From Chiloscyllium plagiosum (taxonomy: Eukaryota), in assembly GCF_004010195.1 (NCBI RefSeq), contig NC_057719.1, positions 45,209,971 to 45,236,180 on the forward strand: a stretch of DNA of 26,210 bases. Direction: 5' to 3'. Of the stretch, positions 23,205-26,210 are shown piece after piece; positions within the stretch are counted from its first letter, which is position 1; each line of letters opens with the position of its first letter. The position numbers were made by a program, and so were the translations under genes. The notes beneath the pieces were generated by a model. The model had not been told where the DNA came from and did not search any database. It saw nothing but the letters and a program-made list of their open reading frames with translations.

Positions 23205-23590
23205 GGCAGGAGGTTGGGAGAACACAGTAAGCAAGGCAGCATCAGGAGGTGGAGGAGTCGACGTTTCGGGTTTAACCCTTCTTCAGGACTGGGGAGTGGA
23301 TGTGGGGGGAGCTGCAGATAAAGGGGTTAGCAGGAGCAGGGTGGTGAAGTGGGGATGGGTGAAGACAAGCAGAAGGTATGACCTGGTTGGTCAATGGGAT
23401 GAATGAATCCACTGCTGGGAGCAGTGGCAGGGAGGGACTGTGAAGGGAGTCGGGGGATGAGGAGGGAGGTTACTTGAAATTGGAGAACTCAGTGTTGAGT
23501 CCTCCAGGCTGTAGTGTGCCCAGGCAGAAGGTAAATTGTTGTTGGCGCTATGGTTTGTTTTCGCAATGGAGGAGGCCAAGGCCACATTTG
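23205..23590 (-). mobile_element. Penelope-like element 3' fragment
   Basis: FCLGTLQPGGLNTEFSNFK* (GIY-YIG C-terminal GLN motif), then a pyrimidine-rich UTR and a hammerhead. Confidence 0.75.
23256..23290 (-). ncRNA. Minimal type I hammerhead ribozyme motif, intact, sense to NID2
   Basis: AGTC-CTGAAGA-A-GGGT-TAA-ACCC-GAAA-CGTC-GACT: perfect 4-bp stem I, 4-bp stem II and a GUC site. Confidence 0.78.
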
Positions 23591-23831
23591 CTGAGCACTG
23601 TGAAAATCGCTTTGAAAGGCCTCCACTGTTCCTTGATTGTTCTACTATAGTATTTGCTCTCAGTCTACCATAGCCAACTCCTCCCTCATCCCATTGTGAT
23701 CTCCCAAGAACCAACCTCTGTGAATTACATCTGCATGCTTTTCCAGGCTTAAAGTTTGATTCATACAAAATAAAAGATCACATCTTCTGCTACAATGTTA
23801 ATAATTTTGCTGAATTACAACACTGACTGAC

Positions 23832-24077
23832 CTGGCTGCCCACACTGTGGTTGACCAGATCCAGGAGGTGTCCTGGTCCCAGGAATTTCCTGTCCCCTTT
23901 CATCCACACACCAACAGTATCCTGTACTGCCATGGCACTGCAGAGGCTTGAAGTTCCCCTGTTCATCACACTCAGGGATATAGGCTCCAACAAAAGGTTG
24001 TGATCCACGCAGGTTCAGCTCTGCTTGCAGTCTCTCTCGATGCTGTTCACAAATAGTCTTTGGGCCTTCAACAGGCT
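23832..24077 (-). CDS. NID2: Nidogen-2 exon, thyroglobulin type-1 repeat copy A (246 nt, phase 1-1)
   Basis: Boundaries ttgaatag|AG...CCA G|gtcagt. Encodes (E)[81 protein letters not shown] with 6 Cys and the QC..CWCV TY motif. The ORF track misses this frame. Confidence 0.92.
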
Positions 24078-24489
24078 CTATTCAACAGAAAAAAAATCCT
24101 TATGAAACATAAGAATAAATGTCTCAAATTGGTTCTTCCATCATCTTTTCGTCTATACTCTGGGTGTCGCCACTTATAGGAAAGACATTTTTTCTAAGGC
24201 AAATACATTTTAACATAGCTCAGTGATAACCTTAATTCAGTATTGCAAATGTTTTCAACTCTAACATAATAGCAATACAGTACTCACCAGAAATCAAGTT
24301 TTCAATCTATTATACAGTTTGTTGCAGAAAGAACCAAGTGTAACTGGCAAATGTTGTTTTATAAAGAGTATTTTAAGGAACTGTTATAAAATCAATATTT
24401 TATGGAAGCAATATTTTAAACATGGTTGTGTCAAGTATAACAGGGAAGAAAAATGTGAGATCAGGTGATTGTTGACAGATCTTTTGTAA

Positions 24490-24940
24490 TAGCTCCAGTT
24501 TTAGTCTCCATACCTAAAAAAAGACATGTTTACATTTAAGTGGAAGCAATGAAGATTCAAGAAATTGGACCCTGGAATAAGGAGGCTGCTGTAGGAGGAG
24601 GTAGAGTAAAATAGACCTAATTTCTCTGTAGCTTAGAATAGTGAGCAGCATCTCACTGAAACATATAAAATTCTTCCAAGTGCTGATGGGTAGATAGTGA
24701 GGGGTTATTTCCCCAGACTGGAAAGTTTAGAACATTGGTTAATTAAGGTTTTGGCTTGTAAAGACTTCAGAAGAAGAGAAATCTCTTTACCTGGAGGGCT
24801 GCAGATGCTCAGTTGATTAGCTTGTCCTAGGTTGAGATCAACATTACGTTTAATCACTAACAGAAAGAAGAATAATGGAAAAGGGTAGGAAAACGGAGGC
24901 CATCTAGACATTCAGCCATTGAATGATAGGAGCAGTTCCT
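24490..24940 (+). mobile_element. Old CR1 3' fragment
   Basis: Remnants of SPYLKKD and LTETYKIL motifs; heavily decayed. Confidence 0.5.
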
Positions 24941-26210
24941 CAAAGTGATACTACTTCAATTACTTATGTGCTTACAATGGTTGTAACAGGCTTTTTTGTT
25001 CAAAAGTGTTCATTTCTATTTTCAATTCATCTGTTATCTTTCTGATTTCTTTCATTTTAATCTGTTATTCCTACATCTATAATGCTGTCCATTTATATAT
25101 GAATCTTAGAGCAAAAACATTTCAATACAATATTTTGATAAGTTGCAAATCAATTTGGTTTTGCGCCTTTGATTATAGTGTTTGCCGGTACAAAAGATTC
25201 CAAGATAACCATCTTTTATGAATTAAACCGAGCTGTTTCTTCAAGCTCCAAGTTAGACTCGCAAAAAATCTGACATTGCTTTTAACTCTGAGTTTTGAAA
25301 GAGTGTGGATTATTTTCCTTTGTTAAAATTGTCATGCCTCACTTGGGTAGTACACTGGAAATAAGGTTCTGCTATTCCCAGAATCATCACAAAAATTTTA
25401 TAAAGTAAGCAGAACTCCCCAGTTTTAAACCCAGGGTGACAGAAAGCGTGGATGAAATTTCTGTACTTAACAATAATTACTATTTATTACAAATAAATAA
25501 ATAAATTCTAGCTACAGACAAACACAATGTTATTTAACTCTAGCAGTTAAAATTCTAATCCCCTCTTTATAAAACTTTGTGTGCACACACGTATCGACAA
25601 ACATTGGTGCTGTGGGCGGTGGGAATGACTGAGAAGGCAATTCAGTTGTTTCTATCCACGAGCTTCACTGAGATTATCCTTGTGCTTGCTAGGACTTGCT
25701 GCTCCATGGTGAATCTTCTCCAGGTATTTTTAATTTCTTTGCACAGAACAACTGGTTCAAAACGTATGAAGTCTCTGACTTATTGGTTAAAGGAAACATT
25801 TACAGCAATTGGTAAGGAAAATACCCTGGCTTTCTTCAGGCTTTTTTTACTGCTGAGACAAGGATATCACTTCCCGTTCCAGAGGTCCTCAGGCTCCTGG
25901 CTATCTCATTCACACCAACATGCTGTTCAGCTACTTGGCAGGCAGAGGGTCTTAGTTATCTCGACTGGTCACCACCCCACTGACCAATATGATACTTGTT
26001 CCCAGCCAAATCTTGTTTTGTACAAACCCCCAGTGCCAGATTGTTGTTTGTTCAACTAGTGGAGGAAGTTTAGTTGCAGACAAAGTAAACAGCATTTACA
26101 GTAAGTGCTGACAGCTTGCTTTTAAAATGTTCAATGCCTTCCACAATCCTTGGTTTTTATAAGTCCTTTTTGTCCTCATTTCAGTCCATAATCAAAAATG
26201 CATAAAAATA

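Noticed and set aside
640..24077. Calling the gene NID1, an LRP/LDLR family member or thyroglobulin
   Set aside because: TY domains followed by a single YWTD propeller with no terminal EGF, and NID2-type motifs ([32 protein letters not shown]), point to NID2.
25330..26210. Possible solo LTR, and the 160-aa ORF at 25577-26059
   Set aside because: It starts with TG and looks repeat-like, but no second boundary or TSD is visible. The ORF has no recognisable motif.

Overview
Eukaryotic genomic DNA, very likely from an elasmobranch (shark/ray), judged from an HE1-type SINE, HER1/CR1 LINEs and SacSINE1/Deu-like SINEs. The window holds the 3' half of a nidogen-2 (NID2) gene on the minus strand. I mapped 11 coding exons by hand; all have GT-AG boundaries and join in one frame (1835 nt, about 610 aa), ending in a tiny G-S-K-stop terminal exon at 640-650. 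Four intact thyroglobulin type-1 (TY) exons are present, three of them near-identical tandem duplicates with symmetric phase 1-1 boundaries, plus a fifth, dead TY pseudoexon; mammalian NID2 has two TY domains. The introns contain LINE/SINE debris and many Penelope-like (GIY-YIG) fragments and short fold-back derivatives. These carry minimal hammerhead-ribozyme cores (CUGANGA-stem II-GAAA-palindrome-UH) with covarying stems; at least two intact cores lie sense to the NID2 pre-mRNA. Most ORFs in the supplied track are spurious or repeat-derived. Repeat family names come from recalled consensus features, not from a database search.
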